64,000 nucleotides of DNA, from the NCBI GenBank assembly GCA_964106645.2, contig OZ067043.1. The stretch is one strand, 5' to 3'. Both the position numbers and the translations under genes were made by a program. Below, one piece after another: positions 27,201-39,200 of the stretch (position 1 is its first letter; every line of letters starts with the position of its first letter). The notes under the pieces were generated by a model. That model worked only from the letters and a program-made list of their open reading frames with translations, did no database searches and was not told where the DNA came from. Source of the stretch: Podarcis pityusensis (Eukaryota).

Positions 27201-28344
27201 AACTAGGCAGGAGACCTTGAAGAATAGAAAAGAAAAACACGACGGAAAAGGGAAAGGTTTGTGCTGGCAGCAAGACACAGAAACATTTAATATTTTTGCA
27301 TGGTAAAGCTAATGCAATCCGACATTGCTTTAAACCACAGCTACCCAGCTCCAATGAGTCTTTCATCAATAAAGCTCATTGTCACCACCTGAAGCGCATG
27401 GCAATACTAATGCATTTCACCTGTGTGCACTTCCCCCTTAGGGCGCCTTCCTTTACTACGCTCCTTATGGAGATAGCATGATAATTTGGTGGGTTTTTGC
27501 TTTCTTTTGTCGCACAGTGCAAAGGCTGTCAACATGAGTCTTCATAAGGAAACTAACACACATCTGACCTATATAGGAGAGCATGGATGTGAGTGGCCCT
27601 TCACAGCAACACATATATTTATGCAATAATGTATTAAGCTTTATCGTATCTGCTCCCTCTATTGTTCCTGGAAAGTGAATAATCATTTTTTGGGGGGGAA
27701 GGAAATGGCAGCATTTATAAACATTTGTTATTCCAATTCCGGTACAAGACTCTGTTCAGTTGTGTTATCACCTGATAGAGCTGTTGCTTCCTCCCTATCA
27801 ATATTGTACTATAGCTATATAGGGAAGGACGGTTGCCCTGGGTTCAATCCCTGGCTTCTTCAGGTAGAGTTAAGGAAAACCCGATGATTTGTGTGCAACA
27901 AATATTACTACCAAAGCTGTACTGACACTATATCAGTATTTCCACACACACACACACCCTAGGCAAAACACCCCTTTTGAGCCAAACTCCTCTACCTGGT
28001 CTCCAGTTAACTCACATAAGGCAAAGAAAATCACTTTGCAACCCTATGCAAATAGACCATTGGGAGGACAGCATCATTAGCATCATTTGCAAAGACATAC
28101 TTCATTAGTTTATTATTTTTACTCTGCCACACAAGCATTTATGTCAAAACAATACAGAACCCCTCCAAGTATCCAAACATCCCAGTTTGAAAGTGGTGCA
28201 TTTCCAACAGTGTGGGTTGAGTTGAGGTTAATTTGCAATCTGCCTTTGAAGATGGTTTAGAAATGTGCAGATAACTCAAAATACAACTGTTTGGCTGATG
28301 ACTGGGCACTGGAGTTGCATCTCACCAGTGCTGAAACTAGTACT

Positions 28345-28345
<1 letters not shown>

Positions 28346-28390
<45 letters not shown>

Positions 28391-28680
28391 TGTTATTTAT
28401 ACCTGCCCATCTGACTGTGTTGCCCCAGCCACTCTGGGCAGCTTTCAACATAATAAAAGCACAGCAAACATCAAACATTAAAAACTTCCCTAAACAGGGC
28501 TGCCTTCAGATGTCTTTAGGAGGTTGTGTTGTTGTTTATCTCTTTGACATCTGGTGGGAGGGCATTCCACAGGGAAGGCACCACCACTGAGAAGGCCCTC
28601 CGCCTAGTTCCCTGTAACCTCATTTCTCACAATGAAGGAACTGCTGGAAGACCCTCAGAGCTGCACCTGTGTCCGGGCCA
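28346..28680 (-). mobile_element. L2-clade LINE 3' end with (AAT)n tail
   Basis: Same family as 59003-59346. Trinucleotide tail 28346-28388. Confidence 0.8.
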
Positions 28681-29239
28681 AAATTCTACCCCATATTTTT
28701 TATCAACCATTCTGCATCAACAAACCTACCCAGAGGCTTAGAAAGTTTAGGGAATTTTAATCTGTTTTAGTATTGTAACTTTTGTATGTTTTACAGTATG
28801 GTTGTGGAATTTTCTTGATTTTATTATCTTTTTGTAAATCACTTTGAGTTTTGTTTTTAAACAATCAAGCAGTGCATATAGAATTTATGAAATAAACAAG
28901 TAAGTAAAATGAATGAAAAAGGAAATTTCATTTGGAAATTATTGAAGCAGAGAGAAAACTTTGGTGAAATCCACTCTGGGTGGGGTCCTTCCTTACTTCT
29001 GAGATGGCTATGTGTGTCCATTCTTTCATTCTACAAATCATCTTACCAATGGTCTGCACTCTGCAGCCTTCCCAGGTACCCATGCTTCAGTCAAAGCTGA
29101 GAGAAGTGGCGTTTTGTGGGGAGTGGTTACAATACACTTGGGGGGTGGTGGAGCAAAGCATTCATTCATTGGGTTCTGCATACTGAACTGTGCATCATGA
29201 GACTTAGTTTAACTGATTTGCTTTGCTGTCTTTTTTCAT

Positions 29240-29241
<2 letters not shown>

Positions 29242-29295
<54 letters not shown>
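29242..29295. repeat. (TC)n microsatellite
   Basis: Direct read. Confidence 0.97.
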
Positions 29296-29298
<3 letters not shown>

Positions 29299-29839
29299 AG
29301 ACCACTTTGCAGGAATTTGGGGGCAGCTAGTGGCAGGAAGGGAGGAAACATTCCTTTCCTGTGCTCAGGAAGCCTTGAAGGGTCTTTCCGGAGACAGGTT
29401 TGAAGCAAACCAGCAGGAGTGAAAGAGCACTGTAATTTAGACTTAATGATGAAAACAGCCCTATCTGTGAGTACACAGAGCCTGTTCACTCAGGGAAAGA
29501 AAAAGGTAATTTCAGGTACATTTTACAACATTTGCTGACAGAACAAAGAAGAAGGTTTATAAGTTATTATCAACGTTTCAAAGTGATGTGGCAAGACACA
29601 GAAAATAAACAAGCAACCAAGAAGAATGAGTAAAGGACGACCAAAGGAAAAAAAGAAAGCATTTCCCTCTTCTCAGCAAATACTAGAGTAACTGGCTAAG
29701 TTTGGAGAGGCCTACAGCTTCTGTATACAATGCACACATGCAGCACTTCATCTGGAATCATTTTATGGTGAGCCATCAGGAATGGCAATGTTATAGGAAT
29801 AACACCTGATAAATGGGGAACTATAGTATAGAACCTTTG

Positions 29840-30870
29840 GTCACATAAAGCATTTGTCATTGCAGGCACCATCCTATACTAGTCAGAAGTCTTAAGATAC
29901 CAGACTGACTCGAGCCCCGTCCAAATGCATGCCTTATTCTTCTTCTCAGGAGTTCAGAGCAGCTTACATCTGGCTCCCAGGTGGACACCTCTTACCCAGG
30001 CAACTCACAGGGCCAGAACTGCTCAGCTTCAGCAGTGGATCTGAATCACATGCCTTAGACTATTCTTGACTCTGCCTGGAAACAAAGAGTTCTGACTCAG
30101 AAGGGTAGCAGGGAGCTTGGGTAGAAGATGCTACACATGATCATAGGTATAAAACCAGTGTTGAGTAAGAGTCAAGGAACACTGCCTCCGATGCTGTGAG
30201 GATTTCAATGCCTCTCTGGCTTTCCAAGACCCTCAAAGGCAGCAAGGGGAAATGGCTCTAAGGGGAAAGAAAGCAGTGATTCATTCACCCTGCCCTGTTC
30301 AGGGCTCGCAACTACTACTTACAGAACCTCTCCCTGGAACTTTTGTTCCTCCTCCACCACTTCCATAAATTACCTTTATATCCCATGCTAGAATTCCTTG
30401 TTCTACCCCCAAACACATAATTGTTAGGTACTGAGCTAGGATCCTAGAATAATAGGCAGGTAGGATCCTAGAATGCAATAACCAGGTTGGCTTGCAGGAG
30501 CAGCCCAATCAGGCCCCAAGAGGAAGTTAATCAGCCTATTAGGTCCAGAGGATCCTAGAATGCAACAACTGATTGACCTGCAGTAGCAGCCCAATCAGAC
30601 TGCAGGAGGGAAGCAGAATCAGCCAATCACACGGGACCCATGGTGTAAATAATGTATATAAAGCCTGAGGTTCTGGGGGGGGGGGGGGAGTCAATTCACT
30701 GTTAAGAGATGCAATAAAGAGCATGAAATCACTACGCGACTCTGAGTATATTTCAATAATGCAAGGGGATCAGGCAAAAGGCCTGTCTACTCCAGCATTC
30801 TGCTCTCACAGTAGCCAGCCAGATGCTTAAGGGAAGTCCACAAGCAGACCATGAATGCAGAAGCACTTTC
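29840..30870 (+). repeat. Inverted segmental duplication, arm A
   Basis: Reverse complement aligns to 50900-52215. Example: 30009-30100 matches rc of ~51945-52035 with about 2 mismatches by eye. Confidence 0.92.
30422..30755 (+). mobile_element. Solo LTR (334 bp)
   Basis: TG...CA ends, perfect TSD ATAAT (30417-30421 / 30756-30760), repeated CCAATC boxes, TATATAAA ~30656, AATAAA ~30713. Absent from the paralogous arm B. Confidence 0.9.
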
Positions 30871-31630
30871 CTCACTTGTGTTGGCCTTTGTGTGGAAAGG
30901 ATGTTGGGCTTGAAGGGCCATTGGCCTGATCTAGAAGGCTCTTCTTGTGTTCTTATGCTCCCAACAGCTGGTACAAGAGAGGGCTGTTGCACTCACAACC
31001 TTTCTGTGGACTTCCCACAGACATCTAGTTAACTACTGTGGGGAACAGGATGCTGTACTAAAGAGACCAGCAGAGCTCTTGGGTTTTAATGCTTCATCCA
31101 AGCATTGCCAAGGCAACTGAGCTAGGATGCAGGGTTTGGGTTTGTTTTTTTCAGTCTGTCATTCATGAAAAGAGAAAGACCCACCTCCACACTCTATAAA
31201 GTATGTTCTCAATTAAAAACTGGTGATAACACTTGAAATGTGTATGCATTTCTAGGAATTAAAGCCACATGTTTTAGCAATTGAGGGTGGCTAGTTTGAA
31301 GCTTCAAAATGCAATCACTTTGGTTAAAATGATAATTTGAGTGTAGACCTGGCTTTCCTAGACCAAATAAGAGCAACAAGCATATCATTTCACAAAGGTC
31401 AGCCTACAAAGAAACAGGAGAAATGTAGGATGTAGATCAGCTGAGCAGCCTTTCTTTGCTTTTTCTTAAAGAAAAGCTGCCATGGCATTGAACTCAGCTG
31501 CACTTTACTGTCACTCAATGTTTGTGCTTGGAGCTTAACCTGAGAAAATGTCTGAGCAAGAATCAAAATTATGAATACTGTCTGATAGCTTTGAGGATTT
31601 CCTTCCTTCCTTCCCCCTCATCTAAGTAAT

Positions 31631-31981
31631 TAAAGGTAAAGGGACCCCTGATCATTAGGTTCAGTCATGACCGACTCTGGGGTTGCGGCGCTCATCTCGT
31701 TTTATTGGCCGAGGTACAGCTTCCGGGTCATGTGGCCAGCATGACTAAGCCGCTTCTGGTGAACCAGAGCAGCACATGGAAAGGCTGTTTACCTCCCCCC
31801 CCCCCCCGGGGATAGCTAATTATCTACTTGCACTTTGATGTGCTTTCGAACTGCTAGGTTGGCAGGAGCAGGGACCAAGCAACGGGAGCTCACCCCGTCA
31901 TGGGGATTTGAACCACCGACCTTCTGATTGGCAAGCAAGCCCTAGGCTCCGTGGTTTAACCCACAGCGCCACCCGCGTCTC
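31631..31981 (-). mobile_element. Sauria SINE
   Basis: Reverse complement of the 14961 copy, with an internal deletion and an expanded C-run. Confidence 0.92.
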
Positions 31982-31989
31982 TTTTAAGT

Positions 31990-32960
31990 ACTTAAAAGCC
32001 TTACTAAATCAAGTTATACTAAGTCCACAGCATCTCCCTGATCCACCAAGCTTGTAACTCTATCAAAAAAAGAAATGGGATATGTCTGGCATGATTTGTT
32101 TTTGACAAACCCATGCTGCGGCTTAGTAATCACGGCATCCTTTTCTAAGTGCTCACAGACATACCGTTTAATTATCCGTTCTAGGATCTTTTCTGGTATT
32201 GACATCAAGTTCATTTTTCCTTCTTTTTGAAGGTGGGGACAACCAGTGGTTTTTTTTCCAGGAGGCACTCAAGGGTATGCAGTACCAGCACTTTTTTTGT
32301 TTGTTAAAAAGTATGGCACTTACTGTAACAACTTCATGGTGAGTACCAGCAACCATTTTTATAGAAATAAAGCACTAGGGACAACATTTGCCTGCCTCCA
32401 TTCTATGGGGACCTCATCTATTCTCCAAGAATTCTCAAAGGTTATAGATAGAGGCTTCACAGGCTCCTTTAGTACTCTTGGGTACAGCTCATCAGGCCCT
32501 GAAGATCTGAATTCATTTTAAGTAGCTAGGTGTTAGCTTACCACCTTTCTTCCTATCTTGGGCTGAACCTCCTTCCTTGCATTGTTTACCCGATTATCAC
32601 CAGAACACTGCTTTCCTTTTGGTGAAGACAAAGGCAAAGTAGGTGTTGAGCAATTCTGCCTTCTCTCTGTCACCCAGTAGCATTTCTCCATCTTCTGCAC
32701 AGAGGACCTACCACCTGCTTGTTCTTCCTCTTGTTTTGAACATAGCAGAAGAAACTTTTTATTAATTTTTATTACTTCTAACCTCTCTCACAAGCCTGAG
32801 ATCATTCTCAGTGGTGGCCCACCTGACTTTCTCCCTGCAACTGTTGGCTCCTAGTGCACTCTTCGTTTGTGATTTCCCCTTTCCCACTTCTTACACATGC
32901 CCTTCTTAAATTTAAGCTCATCTATAAGCTCCTTATGTAGCCACATTGGTTTCTTTGGAT
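31990..32960 (-). mobile_element. CR1 LINE ORF2 fragment
   Basis: Peptide SIPEKILERIIK...QHGFVKNKSCQT...SFFDRVTSLVDQGDAVDLV matches the start of the CR1 RT domain. Degenerate and interrupted by a MITE. Confidence 0.92.
32244..32377. mobile_element. hAT-type MITE nested in CR1
   Basis: Perfect 8-bp TSD GGGACAAC (32236-32243 / 32378-32385). Imperfect TIRs CAGTGGTTTTTT / AATAAAGCACTA. Confidence 0.8.
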
Positions 32961-34443
32961 GCCTTCCAGGGTGGGGGGATGGTTGTCAGAGCTTCCTGTG
33001 CCTCTGCACCCCCATATGACACCTGATTTCAGCTTAACTTCTGCTCAAGTTCTTCAATTTCGAAGTCATAACCATTCTGCTGGTGCATCTCACACTAGAG
33101 ACTTCACTGGTTGTGGCTTATTAGTACACTGTACAGCTTGCCGATATTATTTACACCACATTAAAAAGACTGGACGGCTTTTTCTTGGATGCGAGAAAGC
33201 CTTCATTCCCACTGAAGATTAAACAAGAAAAATCACTTTTGATGTCACTGCAGTGGCAATGATTGTGCATTTGATGTTGTGCAGTAGAATATTAGATTCA
33301 TGCAGAAGCCCTTTCAGTGGAATTTTACCATTCAACTTGTTCCTTCCCAGGTCTTTGCTTTCAGTTGATACAGAAAATAACAGCTGAGAAGTGTAAAGTA
33401 CACACTCTATACACAGATCAATTAGAAATGCCCTCTGATCATTTTGAAAAAGAAAACTTTGAGATATCATTTTCTCCACAATGCAGGCTATGTTCTGGTT
33501 AAGGGGAGGGAGAGTTCTATGTAGACATAATCCTTTACTATACTTTGTTTTTCTTAACCATGGTTAAGTTTTACAGGTGAGTACCTAAACTATGGTCAAG
33601 GGCAGCCTGCAGATCAGTTTTCAATGCCAGTCTGAAGTGGATTTGCAAACCATGGTTCATGCTTACAGTGCTGTGGCTGCACTAAGCAAACCATTATTAG
33701 GCAGTTTTACCTCTTACTCTCTTGCAAAAGGTAGCATGCAGATTACACTGGTTTCTCCTTATATCCACCTTCTCAGGCAGAGCTTAGGTCAACAAGCTGA
33801 GACATTTTGAATCTTAACTTTGATTGGGTGGGGAGGGGGGAATCCACCAAAACCCTGCAGTTAGCACTGGGATGGTTAATATCAGACTTGCCTGTTGGGC
33901 ACATAGCAGCCTGAATAGAGCACTACGCATATGAGTACACATGCAAACATAAAAAGCAACTCATGCAGCCTAGAACAATTTAAGGGGTAAATCCAGACTC
34001 CTGGCAGGCAGCAGATGGTGCATCTTGGCTTGACTGAGTAGGGCAGCCTCCCACTTATACTGGCCTGGGTGGAAGGTGATTTGACAGGGAGAATAACTGC
34101 TTATTTTACCAGCTTCCAAGGCGGCAGTGTAATGAGGCATGGAGTGGGCCTCAGCATGGTCAGTACAAGATCCAGCAGATCCTATGCTTGCCCAGTCCTG
34201 CCCAACCCCTCCCTGCCCCTGGAATGCCCTTTTGGGGACATTTCCACTAGCTATCACTAGTGGGAATGTTGCCAGTGGTAGCTTCTGTCTGCCTGCCATT
34301 TGGGCAGGTACATTGGGGTGTTCCTCACTGGAGGGACTCCCCCACCAATTTTGGCAGCTAGAGAATGGACACCTCCATATAAACCCAACCCCCTCCAACA
34401 CTGTGGAGAGGGAGATGAATTGCTTTGCCTTGCAGCTCTTGTA

Positions 34444-34797
34444 AGGTAAAGGTAAAGGGGCCCCTGACCATTAGGTCCAGTTGTGACCGACTCTGGGGTT
34501 GTGCGCTCATCTCGCTCTATAGGCCGAGGGAGCCGGTGTACAGCTTCCGGGTCATGTGGCCAGCATGACGAAGCAGCTTCTGGCGAACCAAAGCAGCACA
34601 CGGAAATGCCGTTTACCTTCCCGCTGGAGTGGTACCTATTTATCTACTTGCACTTTGACGTGCTTTCGAACTGCTAGGTCGGCAGGAGCAGGGACCGAAC
34701 AACGGGAGCTCATCCCGTCACGGGGATTCGAACCACCGACCTTCTGATCGGCAAGTCCTAGGCTCTGTGGTTTAACCCACAGCGCCACCCGTGTCCC
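34444..34797 (-). mobile_element. Sauria SINE, full length, young
   Basis: CpGs retained. TSD TTGCAGCTCTTGTA on both sides. Confidence 0.94.
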
Positions 34798-36098
34798 TTG
34801 CAGCTCTTGTACTTCTGATCTAAGTTTTCTGTATTTGTTATCTGAACAAGCAATGCCTACCTTCACAAGATCACAAGGAAGCTCATCCTCCCTCTTCTCT
34901 AAGCATAGATATCCAGTCTGTAAAACTGGACCCCAAACTCCTCAAGCAACTGATCAAATGGAATGTAGCATAATGATACTTTATTATAGGGAGCTAAGAG
35001 AAAAATAGATGTATAGATTTCAGAAAGGTTTTTCTTTTTTTTAAGAACACATTTGAAGGGTTTCAGGCTGCTCCTTACAGCCTCATACCTCATAATGGAA
35101 TGTGTGTGACAATGAATCCTCAAGAAAAATTATCATCCTTCAGTGACATAAGCAAAGAAACAAGGAGCCATTTACATTGCTAGAGCATTGTTCAGAAAAT
35201 GATAGGGATAGGGATATAGGCACCATCACCATTCTCTACTGTCACTAGAAAGTACAGCATCAATCTCTAAAGTACAATGAACACTGTGCTATATGAAATC
35301 CATCTTGCAAGAGGTAGCCTTAACTGTGCCAGCAGAAATGTTATAAGCGAAGCTCTGCAAAATTAGAAAACTTTGCATAAGGTCATGGTCTCAGATAGCA
35401 GATAAACCTTGTGGCTAGAATGTACTAACTTTTGGATTTCTTTCCTTTGCGGTGGAGACAGGGAACCATACTGCATCTATTTCACTGTCTGTCTGCATTC
35501 TATTATCATGTTGTTCCAAATGGTTTTTACGTAAATTTATTATTGTGAACCATCCTGGGCTTCCTTTGGGGACGAAGGGTGGTTTATAAATGTGAAATAT
35601 GCAAACAATGAACAAACAATAGTTGAATAGTAGAGCACGCGCTGTGCATGCAAAAAATCCCAAATTCAATCTCTAGGTAGGGCTGGAAGAAACCCTGATC
35701 TGAAACCTTGGAGGGCCACTGCCATTAGTGTACATAATCCTTAGCAAGATCATTCAGTAGTTTTGACCCAGGCCATAGGCACACCATTCATTTAGAGACC
35801 TCTATTTCCCTACCAGAGCTACAATTCCCAGATTTCCTGTGAAGAGAGATTCATTGATAAACCACTCAGGGATTTGTAGTGGCCTCGGTATAAGGTAGCT
35901 TGCTATGAAATTATTGGATTTTTGGAGCCTACATTTGCAGGGGCAGGGAGGGTATACACCACTTCTGATGAGCGATGTTGCCAAATTCCCTGTTGTTTTC
36001 TTCATCCTGTAATAAACAAACATGCTGACAAAAATGCTCCATATTTCTAGTGCTTAGTGTGCAAAGTTTGCTTCAAACATCCCACCATTTGGAGAAGG

Positions 36099-36281
36099 CA
36101 GGGGTGCCAACTTGAATAAAATATTGTGGGGGCCCAAGTAAGCCCTGCTCCACATAATCAATCACGTGATGCTGTGCACACACACCATTTGAATGGGAAT
36201 GCCCATCAACTTTGTTAGGGCCCAGCCCCCCTCAAATATTTTATTGTGGGGGGCCGAACCCCTCCCCCACGGCCTCCTATG
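36099..36281. mobile_element. hAT-type MITE
   Basis: Perfect 8-bp TSD GGAGAAGG (36091-36098 / 36282-36289), CAGGGG start, internal inverted AATAAAATATT motifs. Confidence 0.82.
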
Positions 36282-39200
36282 GGAGAAGGGAAAGCAAATG
36301 CTTATTAACAATGAGATCTGCCTTTTTGTGCACATGTTGTGTAGGCCTGCCATGTATTCCTTTGGAGAGAATGAGCAAAAGCTTGAATATCCTCCTTGGC
36401 TACGGGGAGCCTGTCAGTCTCTCACCAACCATAATTGCCACCTGATATAACATTTGAATGCTGCAGCAGTCCCACGACCTAGCTAGTTTTGACTCTCCCA
36501 CAGCACCAGCACATGCCAATTAAGTTTCTAGCCCTGAATTTTATATGAGCCATGGAACTTGAAACCTGCTCTCTTGTCTTTCAGCTTCCCTTTCTTTCCC
36601 CATCCTACCAATCAAATGGCTTTACACCTACCCACCCCCGTTGCTTCACTAACAGGTCAGTCAGTGTTCAGACAAAAGGACAACACAACCAGCAGAACTT
36701 TCAAAAAGCTGGTAGATAATAGATGAAAATCCACTACACAGGGGGCTGGCCCAAGACATTGTGTGGCCTGAGGCAAAGGACAAGATGGTGCTTCTTCCCT
36801 TTCATGTCCATGGGAAGGGCTATGGCTCAGTGGAAGAGTACATGCCTTGCATGAAAAGGCTCCCAGGTCGCCTCACTCAGGCTAGAGAACAGAGTTGACA
36901 GATCAACAGTTCCCAAAAAATGGGCCCTGCAGGCCTATAATGCCTAGTGGGTGGATTATCAGGATTCTAAAATGTGGAAGTCACATAATATTCTATGTGG
37001 ATGAAAAGAGCAAGAGAACATGAAAATAAAGGCTGCCATTGGCTACTAGCCATGATGGCAATGGCCTGCCTCTGTGGTCAGAGGCTGTATGCTTCTGAAT
37101 ACCAGTTGCTGGAAACCACATAAGAGGAGAGTGTGTCTTGCATTTGAGTCCTGCTTGTGGGCTTCTTACAGGAATCTGGTAGGCCACTGTGAGAACACAA
37201 TACTGACCTAGATGGGTCAATGGTCTGATCCAGTAGGCTCTAATTGTGTTCTTAACAAGGAACAGCCATCATTTGGCCAACACAGCACTATGCATAGGCA
37301 GCCAATGGTGAGCAAGTTCCCCCCACCCCCGCCCAGTCTGATGACCAAATTCCTCCTGGGAATCCTTTAAGGTTTAGGACTAACATAACACGTGCATATA
37401 CATATAGGTATGTGGTTGGTTTATTAAGGAAAAATCAGGAGGGTTCAAGATTATGAGGACATGACCAACAGCATATCATAGCTAACAGGAGATAAGAACT
37501 CACGACATAAGCAGCAGCATACCAAGGTGCATATGAAATGCTTTGCTAACACTTCAAATATAAAAATGGATGAGCACCAGGTTTCAATAGCTAATATGCT
37601 TACATTATGGATTTCAGCAATAAAATGCTTAGCTAAGGAAGCATAGCTTGATGGATGTCTCAGATAGACCAGCGGAACAAGGCCAGATACTTGTGTATTT
37701 CAAGGAAGGATGAAGTAATGTTCTTGTCTGGGACAGATAGCAAAGAACTAGGTGAAAGCGCTTTGCCAAGAGACTAATGGGGCGTTTGGGAGCCAGTCAG
37801 AAAGAGACATGCAAAGTTGGATGGAGATAAGGACAGGGGATAAAAGGCTATGGCTGGTAAGGTACAAGAAGTTGAGATTTCTGCCCATAATGGTGATAAA
37901 TGAGTAATAATGACCACATAAAGATGTATGTAGGATCAAATGCAACAACTGCTGTGCCATCATAAGTATTGGGTTGGAATTGTACCAGCACTACTGGATT
38001 TCATGCCAGCAATGTTACGAGTGCAGCAAATGACCCATCTGCCACATGCAGCACAGGATTTTTGCATAAGCTGATGTCAAAAGCTGAATGTGGGCAAACC
38101 AAGGGCAGGACTCAGAATGCCTTGTTTATGTGCCTCTCATTGGGCCTTTGCTGATTATCAAAGACAGAGCTAGGTTGGTTCTACTTGCTATGTGCAAAAT
38201 TAACATGATCTCGCTTTAGTTGAACTCCACCTGTTGTACAGCAACGTAGGTCTAGCCAGGATGCCAGAACAGCTGAATCAATGGAAGCAAATTGTAGCAG
38301 AGTTTTTAAACTTGCAAGTTCAAGGCAGCTCACTGGTTACACAGATCCACAAGATCTGGGTGTTCAGCAATCGTATTTTAAGTAAATCTCAGAGAATTTG
38401 CTTTTCTTCCTCTGACTGAATCATTGTTAGTTGCTCTCTGTGTTACAGAGTGATGTCTGGTGTTGCCAGTCTAATGCTATGGAATACTCTTCCAGCAAAG
38501 ATTCAGCAGGCATCCCCCATTTTGACTTTTAGGCATCTCTTAAAGACCTTTTTATGCCAGAAAGCCTATGCCGTTGTTTAAAATTTTCTTGTGCAGCCAG
38601 TGATTTAAATCAGTCAGTCATTTTATTTGTATGCCACCTTTCCAAAGTCAAACCATGCTCAAGGCAGCTTACAACATATGAAAAAATCACACAACTGCAA
38701 ACATAGCAAAAGTAATCATAAGCAACAAACAAAACATCAAAAAGTACACATCCAAACAGAACAATTTACACATAAATCCTAAGATCCTATTTATATCTAT
38801 AGACAGATCTATATCTAGATATATAAAAATAGAAGCAACAGCAACACCCCCAATAAAAAAACCCTAAACTATACCTCACCTTTGTTCTAAACTGCTTTTA
38901 ATGGTTTTTGATGTGTTTTTTCTTGCGGCACACTGCCCTGATATTTTATGAGATGGTAGCATATACTATAAAAGCAAATAAAGCAAGTAAGAGTTAGTCC
39001 TGAAGCCCAAGACCCCTGAAGTGATCATGATGACTTTCCTTGTGTTCAAACAACCTTGTTATCAGGCCTCTCAAAAGTAATAAAAGCAGACCCTGTATAA
39101 TGACTGTGTTAAAAATTTAGGCCACAGCAAGGGTGCAGTCAGACATGGGGATTATTGTGTTAAGATTTCCTGGCTATAATGCTAGTGCTTCTGTCCCAGT

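Noticed and set aside
29296-29400. Plus-strand exon after the (TC)n tract (CAG acceptor ~29300)
   Set aside because: The pyrimidine tract is a microsatellite, the donor (GTTTGA) is weak, and there is no partner exon.
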